From: Vicinamibacteria bacterium
GTDB lineage: Bacteria > Acidobacteriota > Vicinamibacteria > Marinacidobacterales > Marinacidobacteraceae
Direction of reading: 5' to 3'
Assembly: GCA_964291235.2 (NCBI GenBank)
Contig: OZ219815.1
Coordinates: forward strand, 1,024,001-1,088,000
Length of the DNA stretch: 64,000 nucleotides
Position 1 is the stretch's first letter; the number at the start of each line of letters is the position of its first letter. This document shows, piece after piece, positions 45,893 through 53,928 of the stretch. Under the pieces are notes generated by a model that was not told the DNA's origin, searched no databases, and saw only the letters and a list, made by a program, of their open reading frames with translations. The translations under genes and the position numbers were made by a program.

Positions 45893-47122
45893 GTGACGAC
45901 GGTCCTCCTCGGAGTCGCCGGTTTCACCGGGGTCATCCTCGCCCTCGTGGTCGTGCTCCTCTACGCGCGGAAACGGCTGGTGGCCACCGGCGAGGTCACG
46001 ATCCGCATCAACGGCGACCCGGAGCACGACGTCTGCACCCCGGCGGGGGGCACGCTGCTCGGGACCCTGGCGGCGAACGGCCTCTTCATTCCTTCGGCAT
46101 GCGGCGGCAAGGGGAGCTGCGGGGTCTGCACCCTGCGGGTGCTCGACGGCGGGGGCGCCGTACTCCCGACCGAGCGCAGCCACCTGACCCGGGGCGAGGA
46201 ACGCGAGGGCGTCCGGCTCTCGTGCCAGGTCAAGGTGAAGCAGGACGTCAGCATCGAGGTGCCGCCGGAGCTTTTCAGCGTGCGCCAGTGGAAGTGCAGG
46301 GTCCGGTCGAACCACAACGTTGCCACCTTCATCAAGGAACTCGTGCTGGAGCTGCCCGCCGGCGAGGAGGTCCCCTTCCGGGCGGGTGGTTACATCCAGA
46401 TCGAGTGCCCGGCCTACGACCTGACCTATGGGGACTTCGACATCGAGGAGGAGTACCGCGACGACTGGGACCGTTTCAACATGTGGCAGTACAAGGCCAC
46501 CGTTGCCGAGAACGAGGAGGTCGTGCGGGCCTATTCGATGGCGAACTATCCCGAGGAGCGCGGGATCATCCTGCTGAATGTGCGCATCGCCTCGCCGCCG
46601 CCCCGGATGCCCGACGTCCCGCCAGGCAAGATGACGTCGTACCTGTTCGGGTTGAAACCCGGGGACGAAGTGACCATCTCGGGGCCCTTCGGCGAGTTCT
46701 TCGCCAAGGAGAGCGGCAACGAGATGGTCTTCGTGGGCGGCGGAGCGGGCATGGCGCCCATGCGTTCCCACATCTTCGACCAGTTCCGCCGGCTCAACAC
46801 GGACCGCAAGGTCTCCTTCTGGTACGGCGCGCGCAGCCTCCGGGAGGCCTTCTACCAGGAAGACTTCGACGCGATCGCCGCCGAGAACCCCAACTTCGAC
46901 TGGAAGCTGGCGCTCTCCGAGCCGCTCCCCGAGGACAACTGGACCGGCTACACCGGGTTCATCCACCAGGTCCTCTACGACAACTACCTGAAGGACCATC
47001 CCAATCCCGAAGACGCCGAGTACTACCTGTGCGGTCCGCCAATGATGCTGAAGGCTTGTCTCCAGATGCTCGACAGCCTGGGCGTGGAGCCCGAGAACAT
47101 CGCCTTCGACGACTTCGGATAG
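45893..47122 (+). CDS. nqrF: Na(+)-NQR subunit F
   Basis: [37 protein letters not shown] and terminal DDFG motifs. Confidence 0.97.
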   Translation: MTTVLLGVAGFTGVILALVVVLLYARKRLVATGEVTIRINGDPEHDVCTPAGGTLLGTLAANGLFIPSACGGKGSCGVCTLRVLDGGGAVLPTERSHLTRGEEREGVRLSCQVKVKQDVSIEVPPELFSVRQWKCRVRSNHNVATFIKELVLELPAGEEVPFRAGGYIQIECPAYDLTYGDFDIEEEYRDDWDRFNMWQYKATVAENEEVVRAYSMANYPEERGIILLNVRIASPPPRMPDVPPGKMTSYLFGLKPGDEVTISGPFGEFFAKESGNEMVFVGGGAGMAPMRSHIFDQFRRLNTDRKVSFWYGARSLREAFYQEDFDAIAAENPNFDWKLALSEPLPEDNWTGYTGFIHQVLYDNYLKDHPNPEDAEYYLCGPPMMLKACLQMLDSLGVEPENIAFDDFG

Positions 47123-47201
47123 CGCCGCCGTCGGATCCGGTGGCGTATAACTACGTCGCACCACGGCGACACCACGCCACTCTGGGCAAAGGGGAAACAG
47201 C

Positions 47202-47522
47202 ATGGCCAAGTACATGTTCCGGACCAACTACACGCAGTCGGGCCTCAAGGGACTGATCGCCGAGGGCGGCAGCGGCCGGGAAGCGGCGCTGCGCCAGACC
47301 GTCGAGAGCGCCGGAGGCACCCTGGAAGGGTTCTATTACGCCTTTGGCGACTGCGACCTCTATCTGATCGTTGACCTTCCCGACGAAACGGCAGCGACGA
47401 CGCTTTCCCTGAACATCGCCGCCGCGGGCGCTCTCACCGTTCAGGTGACCGTCCTGCTCACCCCGCAGGACATCGACGCGGCAGTCAAGAAGTCGGTCCA
47501 GTACCGGTTGCCCGGCGCCTGA
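47202..47522 (+). CDS. GYD-domain protein
   Basis: 106 aa: YTQSGLKGL...GGTLEGFYYAFGDCDLYLIVDLPD...YRLPG. Confidence 0.85.
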   Translation: MAKYMFRTNYTQSGLKGLIAEGGSGREAALRQTVESAGGTLEGFYYAFGDCDLYLIVDLPDETAATTLSLNIAAAGALTVQVTVLLTPQDIDAAVKKSVQYRLPGA

Positions 47523-48613
47523 CACCCGAAAGCGCCAAGGAGCGCCGGCCTCCGGCCGGCATCGCTCGCCGGAGGCGAGCGAAACGCGCACTGCCGCTCG
47601 CGCTCGCAGCGCTGGCAGGCGGTGCCGCGGCCGCCTGCGCCCCGCCGCCCGAACCGACCTGGACCCTCGACGGGGAAGCCTTCGGTACCCGCTGGACGGT
47701 CCGCATTCGCGGCCCGGAGACGGATTCCGAAACCGTGCGGGCGGCGATGGAAGCCGAACTCGACGCGGTGGACCGGAGCATGTCCAACTGGCGGGCGGAC
47801 TCCGAGCTCTCCCGCCTGAACGCGTCGGACTCCACGGGTCCCTTCCCGATTTCGGGTCCCCTCGCGGATGTCCTGGAAGCGGCGCTCCGGGTCCATGAGG
47901 AATCCGCCGGGGCGTTCGACATCACCGTCGGCCCCCTGCTCCGCTTGTTCGGCTTCGGCCCGGGGGGCGACCGGGACCTCGCCGCGCCCGATCCCGGAGC
48001 GGTTGCAGCCGCCCGCGCCCGGGTGGGGAGCGGCCTGCTTTCCCTGGAGCGGTCCGGCGGGCGGGCCCTGCTCGAGCGAGAGGTTCCCGGGGTCGAGATG
48101 GATCTCTCCGGAATCGCCAAGGGCTACGCGGTGGACCGGCTCGCCGCGGTGCTCGCGGACCTCGGTCTTGCCGAGCATCTTGTCGAGGTGGGTGGCGAGA
48201 TCCGGGCCACCGGAGACTGGACGGCGGGCATCCAGAATCCGGCGGTCGGTCTCGCGACCCAGGTGCACCGCGCGTTTCCGATCCGCGACCTGGGGATGGC
48301 CACCTCCGGCGGGTACCGCGATTTCCGGACGGCGGCGGACGGGGCGGACGGGGACGATCGCTACTGGACCCACATCCTGGACCCGCGCGCCGGACGGCCG
48401 GTCGAGCGCCGGACCGGTTCCGTCACGGTGCTCGCGGAGTCGTGTCTCGATGCCGACGCCTGGGCCACGGCCCTCTACGTGCTCGGGCCGGCCGAAGGGC
48501 TGGCCCTCGCGGAGGCGAAGGACATCGCCGCGCTCTTCCTGACCGCGGACCCGGCGGGACGCATTCAGGAACAGGCAACCAGCGCCTTCCGCACGGCTAC
48601 CGCCCCTCGCTGA
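47519..48613 (+). CDS. apbE: FAD:protein FMN transferase ApbE (lipoprotein); start codon uncertain
   Basis: GEAFGTRW, SELSRLN, GAFDITVGPL, DLSGIAKGYAVD, ATSGGYR, HILDPR and ADAWAT motifs. The signal/lipobox (...GAAAAC) lies upstream of the first GTG (47735). Confidence 0.9.
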   Translation: MTPESAKERRPPAGIARRRRAKRALPLALAALAGGAAAACAPPPEPTWTLDGEAFGTRWTVRIRGPETDSETVRAAMEAELDAVDRSMSNWRADSELSRLNASDSTGPFPISGPLADVLEAALRVHEESAGAFDITVGPLLRLFGFGPGGDRDLAAPDPGAVAAARARVGSGLLSLERSGGRALLEREVPGVEMDLSGIAKGYAVDRLAAVLADLGLAEHLVEVGGEIRATGDWTAGIQNPAVGLATQVHRAFPIRDLGMATSGGYRDFRTAADGADGDDRYWTHILDPRAGRPVERRTGSVTVLAESCLDADAWATALYVLGPAEGLALAEAKDIAALFLTADPAGRIQEQATSAFRTATAPR

Positions 48614-48756
48614 TCCGCCGTACGTGGCGCTGGCTCCCCCAACGCCAGGACGGCTCCCCCCTCGGCGCGGACCCCAACGGCCCCCACAGCACCGCCCGCA
48701 AGGGAACGCCGACCTCTGAGCTTGCCCCGGTTTCTCGGACCAGTGGGAGCGCCGGT

Positions 48757-49605
48757 TCATGGCGGCCCCCGGAGTTGTTGTTCGAAGTCTACGGGTGACA
48801 GGTAGCCGAGGGCGGAGTGCCGCCGATAAGGGTTGTACCAAGCCTCGATGAACTCGAAGACGGCTTCGCCGGCAGCTTTGGGGTTGGGGAACTGGGTCCG
48901 GTCGAGCACCTCGCACTCCAGGGTGGCGAAGAAGGACTCCGCCATCGCGTTGTCGTAGCAGTCCCCCACCGAACCCATGGAAGGCCGGACCCCGGTGGCC
49001 CGGCAGCGGCGCCCGAACGCCACCGAGGTGTATTGGCACCCCTGGTCCGAGTGGTGGATCACTCCCTGGGGCCGCCGCTGCTCGAGCGCCATGTCCAAGG
49101 CTTTCAGGACCAGGGTGGCCCGCGCATGCAGCGCCATCGCCCAGCCCACCACCCGCCGGCTGCAGGCGTCCACAACCACCGCCAGGTGCAACATTCGCGT
49201 CCGCGTCGGGATGTAGGTGATGTCGGCCACCCAGAGCTGGTCCAGAGCCGTGGCCTCGAAGTTCCGGTCCACCAGGTCCGGCGCCGGCCGCGCCTCGCCG
49301 TCCCGGATCGTGGTGCGGACGCGGCGTCGGCGGCTTACACCACAGATCCCCAACGCCCGCATCAGCCGCGCAACCCGCTTCCGGCTCGTCTGGTTTCCCC
49401 GCGCTGCCAACTCCGCCCGGATCCGCGGCGCCCCGTAGGTGCCTCGACTCGCCGCATGGGCCGCCGCGATCTCCACCTTCAGGCGCTCGTCCGCCTGAAC
49501 CCGCGCACTGGCCCCGCGGCCACGCCAGGCGTAATACCCACTGCGGGACACTCCCAGCAGGCGCCCCATCTCCCGCACGCTCATCACGGCCCGGCTCGCA
49601 TCCAT
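48757..49605 (-). CDS. IS3 transposase OrfB (DDE)
   Basis: YGAPRI, WVADITY, HHSDQGCQY, DNAMAESFF and YNPYRRHSALGYLSP motifs. Confidence 0.95.
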   Translation of the reverse strand: MDASRAVMSVREMGRLLGVSRSGYYAWRGRGASARVQADERLKVEIAAAHAASRGTYGAPRIRAELAARGNQTSRKRVARLMRALGICGVSRRRRVRTTIRDGEARPAPDLVDRNFEATALDQLWVADITYIPTRTRMLHLAVVVDACSRRVVGWAMALHARATLVLKALDMALEQRRPQGVIHHSDQGCQYTSVAFGRRCRATGVRPSMGSVGDCYDNAMAESFFATLECEVLDRTQFPNPKAAGEAVFEFIEAWYNPYRRHSALGYLSPVDFEQQLRGPP

Positions 49606-49907
49606 CAGTCGGTACCTCCCGACGATGTCTCCCGGGCGAACCAGGCCGCCGCTTTTTTTAGGAAGGCGTTCTCCCGCTGCAGCCGCCGGTTCTCACGTTC
49701 CAGCCGCTTCAACTCCTCCCGCTCCTCTTTCGTCCAGCCGTCGCCCCCGCGGCCCTCCGCCGCATCCGCGTCCATCACCCAACGCCGGATCGCTCGCGGA
49801 CTCGCCTCATACTCCTCTGCGACTTCCTCGGCGCTACGTCCCGAGCGAACCAGCGCAACCACCCGCTTTCGATACTCCGCCGTATATCGGCGGCCAGGAC
49901 TGCCCAT
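49605..49907 (-). CDS. IS3 transposase OrfA (HTH plus leucine zipper)
   Basis: RRYTAEYRKRVV...LKRLERENRRLQRENAFLKKAAAWFA. An A7G slippery site at ~49652-49659 leads into an open -1 frame continuous with OrfB. AAGGAGGT RBS. Confidence 0.93.
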   Translation of the reverse strand: MGSPGRRYTAEYRKRVVALVRSGRSAEEVAEEYEASPRAIRRWVMDADAAEGRGGDGWTKEEREELKRLERENRRLQRENAFLKKAAAWFARETSSGGTD

Positions 49908-50326
49908 CTCAGACCTCCTTTGTGCCACCGGCACTATGAGTGGTCCGTTTTCCCGGGGCAACTCCACTCCAGGCCGGCACAGCCCGCCGTAGGCGGGCGT
50001 CGGCACGTCCCCCCCAGCGCCCAGACGGCTCCCCTCTCGGCGCGGCCCCCAACAGCCCCCACAGCACCGCCCGCACGGGAACGCCGGCCTCCAGGCCGGC
50101 ACAGCCCGCCGTAGGCGGGCGGCAGCCCGTACCCCCCGGGGCCAGGGCGGCGCCGCTCTCGGCGTAAACCCCCGCAACCGTAATGTCGCACAGGCACGGG
50201 AACGCCGACCTCCAGGTCGGCACAGCCCGCCGTAGGCGGGCGTCGGCACGTCCCCCCCCAGCGTCCGGACGGTTCCGCTCTCGGCGGAAACTCCAGCAGC
50301 CCTAACGGCGATACGATCCCGGAGCG

Positions 50327-50521
50327 ATGTGGCAGGCCCTCGGAGTCATCCTCCTCTCCCTGGGCGTGGTCGTCCTTTCGATCTTCCTGCTGGGGCTCGG
50401 TTCCCTCCTCAAGGGCCGCTGCACCCTGCGCGGTTGCGGCCCCGAAGGGCCGGCGGGTGACACCTGCGACGGCTGTCCACGGGCCGGGCCGTCCGAATCG
50501 CATCCCCCAATCGAGGTCTGA
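50327..50521 (+). CDS. nqrM: Probable NqrM-like (DUF539) Na+-NQR maturation protein
   Basis: 64 aa with an N-terminal TM helix and four Cys (GRCTLRGCG...TCDGC); follows apbE once the IS/REP block is removed. Confidence 0.6.
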   Translation: MWQALGVILLSLGVVVLSIFLLGLGSLLKGRCTLRGCGPEGPAGDTCDGCPRAGPSESHPPIEV

Positions 50522-50542
50522 GCCTCCGGCTCTCCGAACGGA

Positions 50543-50656
50543 TCAGCGCCGTTCCACGATGGGAGCCAGGCTCTCATCGAGAGACACCCGATGCCTTCCT
50601 CTTGATTCGCGCTTGTAGTCCCGCTTGAACTGGCTGGTCCGCTCAATCGTCCGCAT
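50543..50656 (-). pseudogene. yafQ: Truncated YafQ-family toxin (N-terminal 37 aa)
   Basis: MRTIERTSQFKRDYKRESRGRHRVSLD...* overlaps the end of the antitoxin; the C-terminal catalytic part is absent. Confidence 0.75.
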
Positions 50657-50906
50657 GCAGATCGTCGAGCAGAGCCTGCGTGTTGTCGAACCGGGGAAGG
50701 TTCCCCTTGCGGGCTTCCTTCATCGCCTCAACCGTGGCCGCGTTGGGGACAAGGGGTGCGAACGGCAGTGCCTTCTCGTACGCCACGCGGGTCAGCAGAA
50801 GCCGAATGGCGTCGGAGACGGTCAGGCCCACGGCGGCCAGCACGGCGGCCGCCTCCTCCTTCACAGCGGGATCGATGCGAGCTTGGACGAGTTGATTCGC
50901 AGCCAT
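50643..50906 (-). CDS. dinJ: RelB/DinJ-family antitoxin
   Basis: MAANQLVQARIDPAVKEEAAAVLAAVGLTVSDAIRLLLTRVA...LPFAPLVPNAATVEAM. Confidence 0.92.
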   Translation of the reverse strand: MAANQLVQARIDPAVKEEAAAVLAAVGLTVSDAIRLLLTRVAYEKALPFAPLVPNAATVEAMKEARKGNLPRFDNTQALLDDLHADD

Positions 50907-50965
50907 AGGGATTCGAGCCCTCCTGTGACTGACATTATCGTTCATTTGAATACAGATGCGGAGTG

Positions 50966-51089
50966 CTCGGGCTCGGCCCGCTCTTGAAGGGCCGTTGCAT
51001 CCTCCGCCGCGGCTGGGTGGAAGGCCGGTCGCCGACTCCCGCGCGACGGCTGTCCCCGGGCGGAGCCGCCGCCAAAAATCGAGGTCTGA
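50966..51089 (+). repeat. Diverged, frameshifted duplicate of the 3' two-thirds of the nqrM-like gene (50390-50521)
   Basis: LGLGPLLKGRCILR...DGCPRAEPPPKIEV* versus LGLGSLLKGRCTLR...DGCPRAGPSESHPPIEV*; both end AATCGAGGTCTGAGCC. Confidence 0.88.
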
Positions 51090-51306
51090 GCCGGCGGCCT
51101 CCGGCGCGTTGTGTTTCCGTTCGTCCATGGGGATGTACCTCCAGGACCAATAGACGGAATTTCGACGCGTTTTGTCCCACCCCCGGCCTCGATGGGGAAA
51201 ACTCGAAGCGATGACGCTGCGCGTCCGGCCTGTTCCGCACGGAGCGTTCCGGCGTCGTCGTCCGGCCCCGCGCGGCCGTCCGCCGGCCGTCCGCCGGCCG
51301 CCCGGG

Positions 51307-52374
51307 CTACTGCGCCGGCGCGCCGGGGTAGATCCCCGACCCGAGGATCATCGGCGTATCGCCGACGGTCACGGGAACCACGTAGGCCAGCTTGGGAGAC
51401 CCGCTCTCCTCGTCGCCCTCGACCGCCGGGTTGTCCCAGAGGTACTCCGTGAACCCGCCGCCGGCCTGCGCCGCCCCGCGGATCCCGTCAAACAGCTTTA
51501 CGCCGTTCAGGTCCAGGAGTTCGGAAGTGTCCGTCCCTTCCCAGTCGCGGTTGGGCGCCTGGAAGACGTTGACCCCCTCCATGGTCAACACGAACACATA
51601 GACCTCGCCGTGCCGCCACTCGCCCTCGTCCCGGAAGTTCTCGTCGAGAAAGGCGTAGGCGGTCTCCCGGTCGGCCGTGTGCCCGGACAGGGCCTCCGCC
51701 GCCCGCTCCACGAACTGTTGCAGGTTCCCGCGGTTCAGGACATCGGCCGCCGTCACCGGCGGGTAGATCCCCGCCCCGAGCGACAGCTCCAGGTCGCCGA
51801 TGGTCAGCGGGGTGGCGTAGCTCACCTTCGGCGAGCCGGTGTCCTCGTCCCCCTCGACCACCGGATTGGGCCATCGGTACTCGACGTATCCCCCGCCGGC
51901 GGCGACGGCGGCGAGGACCTCCTCGATCAGCCTCACGCCGTTCACGTCCACGAGGTCCGAGCGGTCGAGCCCCTCGGTCTCCGGGGTCACGGCGTGGAAG
52001 AACTGGATCCCGTCCAGGTCGTGTGCGAACAGATAGACCTCCCCCTGACGCCACGGGCCCTCGGGCCGGAAGGTCGCGTCGAAGAACTCGTAGGCATCGT
52101 CCGCCGAGGCGATCTGCGCGACGGCCTCGCTGGCCGCCGCCTCCACGAACACCTTCAGCGTCTCGCGGTCCACGACCTCTCCCGCCTGAATCGGGGCCGG
52201 CTCGGGCTCCTCGGGCGGGGGCGCCGGGACTGGCGCGGGAGCGGGCGACGGCATCGGGGTCGCCGGGCTTGCATTGTCATCGCAGCCGGCGGCCAGGAGG
52301 GCGATCAATGCCGCAAGGAACGCCGCCCCGGCGGCGAACCGGGTGCGGGAGGAGTGGCGCATCGCGTTTCGCAT
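51307..52374 (-). CDS. Lipoprotein with two tandem Cache-like sensory domains and no output domain
   Basis: LAAGC lipobox, Pro-rich linker, and two repeats of WRxGEVYxF...DxNGVxL...GGGYVEYxWxNP.VEGDE.xGSPKxxY...GxGIYP. Confidence 0.85.
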   Translation of the reverse strand: MRNAMRHSSRTRFAAGAAFLAALIALLAAGCDDNASPATPMPSPAPAPVPAPPPEEPEPAPIQAGEVVDRETLKVFVEAAASEAVAQIASADDAYEFFDATFRPEGPWRQGEVYLFAHDLDGIQFFHAVTPETEGLDRSDLVDVNGVRLIEEVLAAVAAGGGYVEYRWPNPVVEGDEDTGSPKVSYATPLTIGDLELSLGAGIYPPVTAADVLNRGNLQQFVERAAEALSGHTADRETAYAFLDENFRDEGEWRHGEVYVFVLTMEGVNVFQAPNRDWEGTDTSELLDLNGVKLFDGIRGAAQAGGGFTEYLWDNPAVEGDEESGSPKLAYVVPVTVGDTPMILGSGIYPGAPAQ

Positions 52375-52616
52375 GGCCCCGATGGTAGCGCCCCGAGCGG
52401 CGCTTTCGGGGCGCCCCGCGGCCCAGATGTTCTGATCGCTGACATCTGCCAACCCCAGCCTCAAAATCCGTTTCCGGACAGTTTCCACGCGCCGCCCGTC
52501 CGGGTGATCGGCGTCCGGAGCTGCCCATCTGCGATGCCGTCAGTGCCATATCTGCTTGGTACCATGGCGAATGCACGGCGCGATTCCCGGCAACAAGCTG
52601 GGACACCGCCATCTCC

Positions 52617-53552
52617 GTGAACATGCCGGCCGACTTCGACGACCACGGGATCCGCGTGGCGGCCGGAAGCTGGCTGGAGGAGCAGATGGAACTCCTCGGT
52701 CCTGAACTTGATTGGAGCGGCCTGCTCGCCGGATTCACGTTCCGAGGCGAACGGATCGGCCTCGTCAACCAGCGGGGAATCTGGAAACCCCGACAGATGG
52801 AGTTGCCGCTCTCCATCCGGACCTCACCGGACAATCCCTATCAAGACAGCTTCGACCCCGACACCCAGTTGCTGCACTACCGCTACTTCGGGACGGATAC
52901 CGGCCACGCCGACAATGTGGGACTCCGGAGGGTCATGGAGGCGCAGCGGCCGGTCATCTACTTCCACCCCATTCGTCGCGGGCGCTACCTGCCCGTGTGG
53001 CCGGTGTTCATCGTCGGAGATGATCCATCCAGCCTGACCTTCACGGTCGCCGCGGACAGCCCCGCCTTTGCCGAGGATCAACTGCAGGCCGAGGGGGAAG
53101 GAATCTCGCTGGCCAGCGCCACCAATCGGGAACTCGAGCGACGGTATGCAACGCGGACTACGTTGGTGCGTATTCACCAGCGGGTCTTTCGGCATCGAGT
53201 GCTTCGCGCCTACCAGAGCCGCTGCGCCTTCTGCCGCTTGCGGCGGGAACCGCTTCTCGACGCGGCGCACATCATTCGGGACCGGGATCCGACCGGCGAT
53301 CCCGTGGTGCCGAACGGACTCTCGCTGTGCAAGATCCACCATGCGGCCTTCGACGAGATGTTTCTTGGGGTGACCCCGAAGGGCGTCATCCACGTCCGCC
53401 CCGACCTGCTGCGCGAAAAGGACGGGCCGATGTTGCAACACGGCCTGAAAGACCTCCACGAACAGCGCATCCACCGGCCCCGGCGTGCGGCAGACCACCC
53501 CGATCCGGATCGGCTGGAACTCCGCTACCAGGACTTCCGACGCGCCTCCTGA
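52617..53552 (+). CDS. HNH endonuclease with a putative SRA-like N-terminal domain (candidate modification-dependent restriction enzyme)
   Basis: RGIWKP...PYQDSF...YRYFGTD..HADNVGL in the N-terminus, then QRVFRHRVLRAYQSRCAFC, LLDAAHI and NGLSLCKIHHAAFD. Confidence 0.85.
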   Translation: MNMPADFDDHGIRVAAGSWLEEQMELLGPELDWSGLLAGFTFRGERIGLVNQRGIWKPRQMELPLSIRTSPDNPYQDSFDPDTQLLHYRYFGTDTGHADNVGLRRVMEAQRPVIYFHPIRRGRYLPVWPVFIVGDDPSSLTFTVAADSPAFAEDQLQAEGEGISLASATNRELERRYATRTTLVRIHQRVFRHRVLRAYQSRCAFCRLRREPLLDAAHIIRDRDPTGDPVVPNGLSLCKIHHAAFDEMFLGVTPKGVIHVRPDLLREKDGPMLQHGLKDLHEQRIHRPRRAADHPDPDRLELRYQDFRRAS

Positions 53553-53775
53553 TCGTCGCGCGGAGACGATTCCGGACCCGCGAAGGGGCGGGCGACCGTA
53601 CACCTATGTAGCGCGCGTCGCTGTGTTTACGCTGTGACGGCCTCGGAATATCGGCCTGCTTCCTGTTCTTGGCGACCAGGTCGGCACAGCGGTGCGGAGC
53701 GCGCCGCGGGTGGTTCCTCGCCGCTCGGGCTCACGGGGTCCCTCGGAAAGAGCGAACCATCCCGGCCAGCCAGGT

Positions 53776-53880
53776 CCGTCCCGCCGCCCGCCTACGGCGG
53801 GCTGTGCCGGCCTGGAGGCCGGCGTTCCCTTGCCTGTCCGACGTCAAGGCCGGGTGGGGTTCCCGCCGAGAGGGGAACCA
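53776..53880 (-). repeat. Single composite REP-like unit
   Basis: CGCCCGCCTACGGCGGGCTGTGCCGGCCTGGAGGCCGGCGTTCCC at ~53786-53830. Confidence 0.85.
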
Positions 53881-53928
53881 TCCGGCATCGATCTCTTGGG
53901 CGGAAGAAGAATCCGGGATAGGGGGGGC

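Larger units (their letters stand above)
48717..49966 (-). mobile_element. IS3-family insertion sequence (1250 bp)
   Basis: TG...CA ends, IRs TGGAGTTGCCCCGGGAAAACGGACCA and TGAGCTTGCCCCGGTTTCTCGGACCA, and a 3-bp CTC duplication (48714-48716; 49967-49969). Confidence 0.95.
48636..50302 (+). repeat. Composite REP-like array (units of about 120 bp) interrupted by IS3
   Basis: GGGAACGCCGRCCTCCAGGYCGGCACAGCCCGCCGTAGGCGGGCG at 48702/49967 (split by the IS), ~50077 and ~50198. Confidence 0.88.

Noticed and set aside
47122-47540. nqrF tail duplication around the GYD gene
   Set aside because: Only a few matching bases (CCCGA...CGCC), indistinguishable from chance.
52594-52616. Copy of the amidohydrolase 3' end beyond the HNH gene (CACCGCCATCTCC versus CACCGTCATCTCC)
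   Set aside because: The 12/13-nt match does not extend to the stop codon and is insufficient in high-GC DNA.
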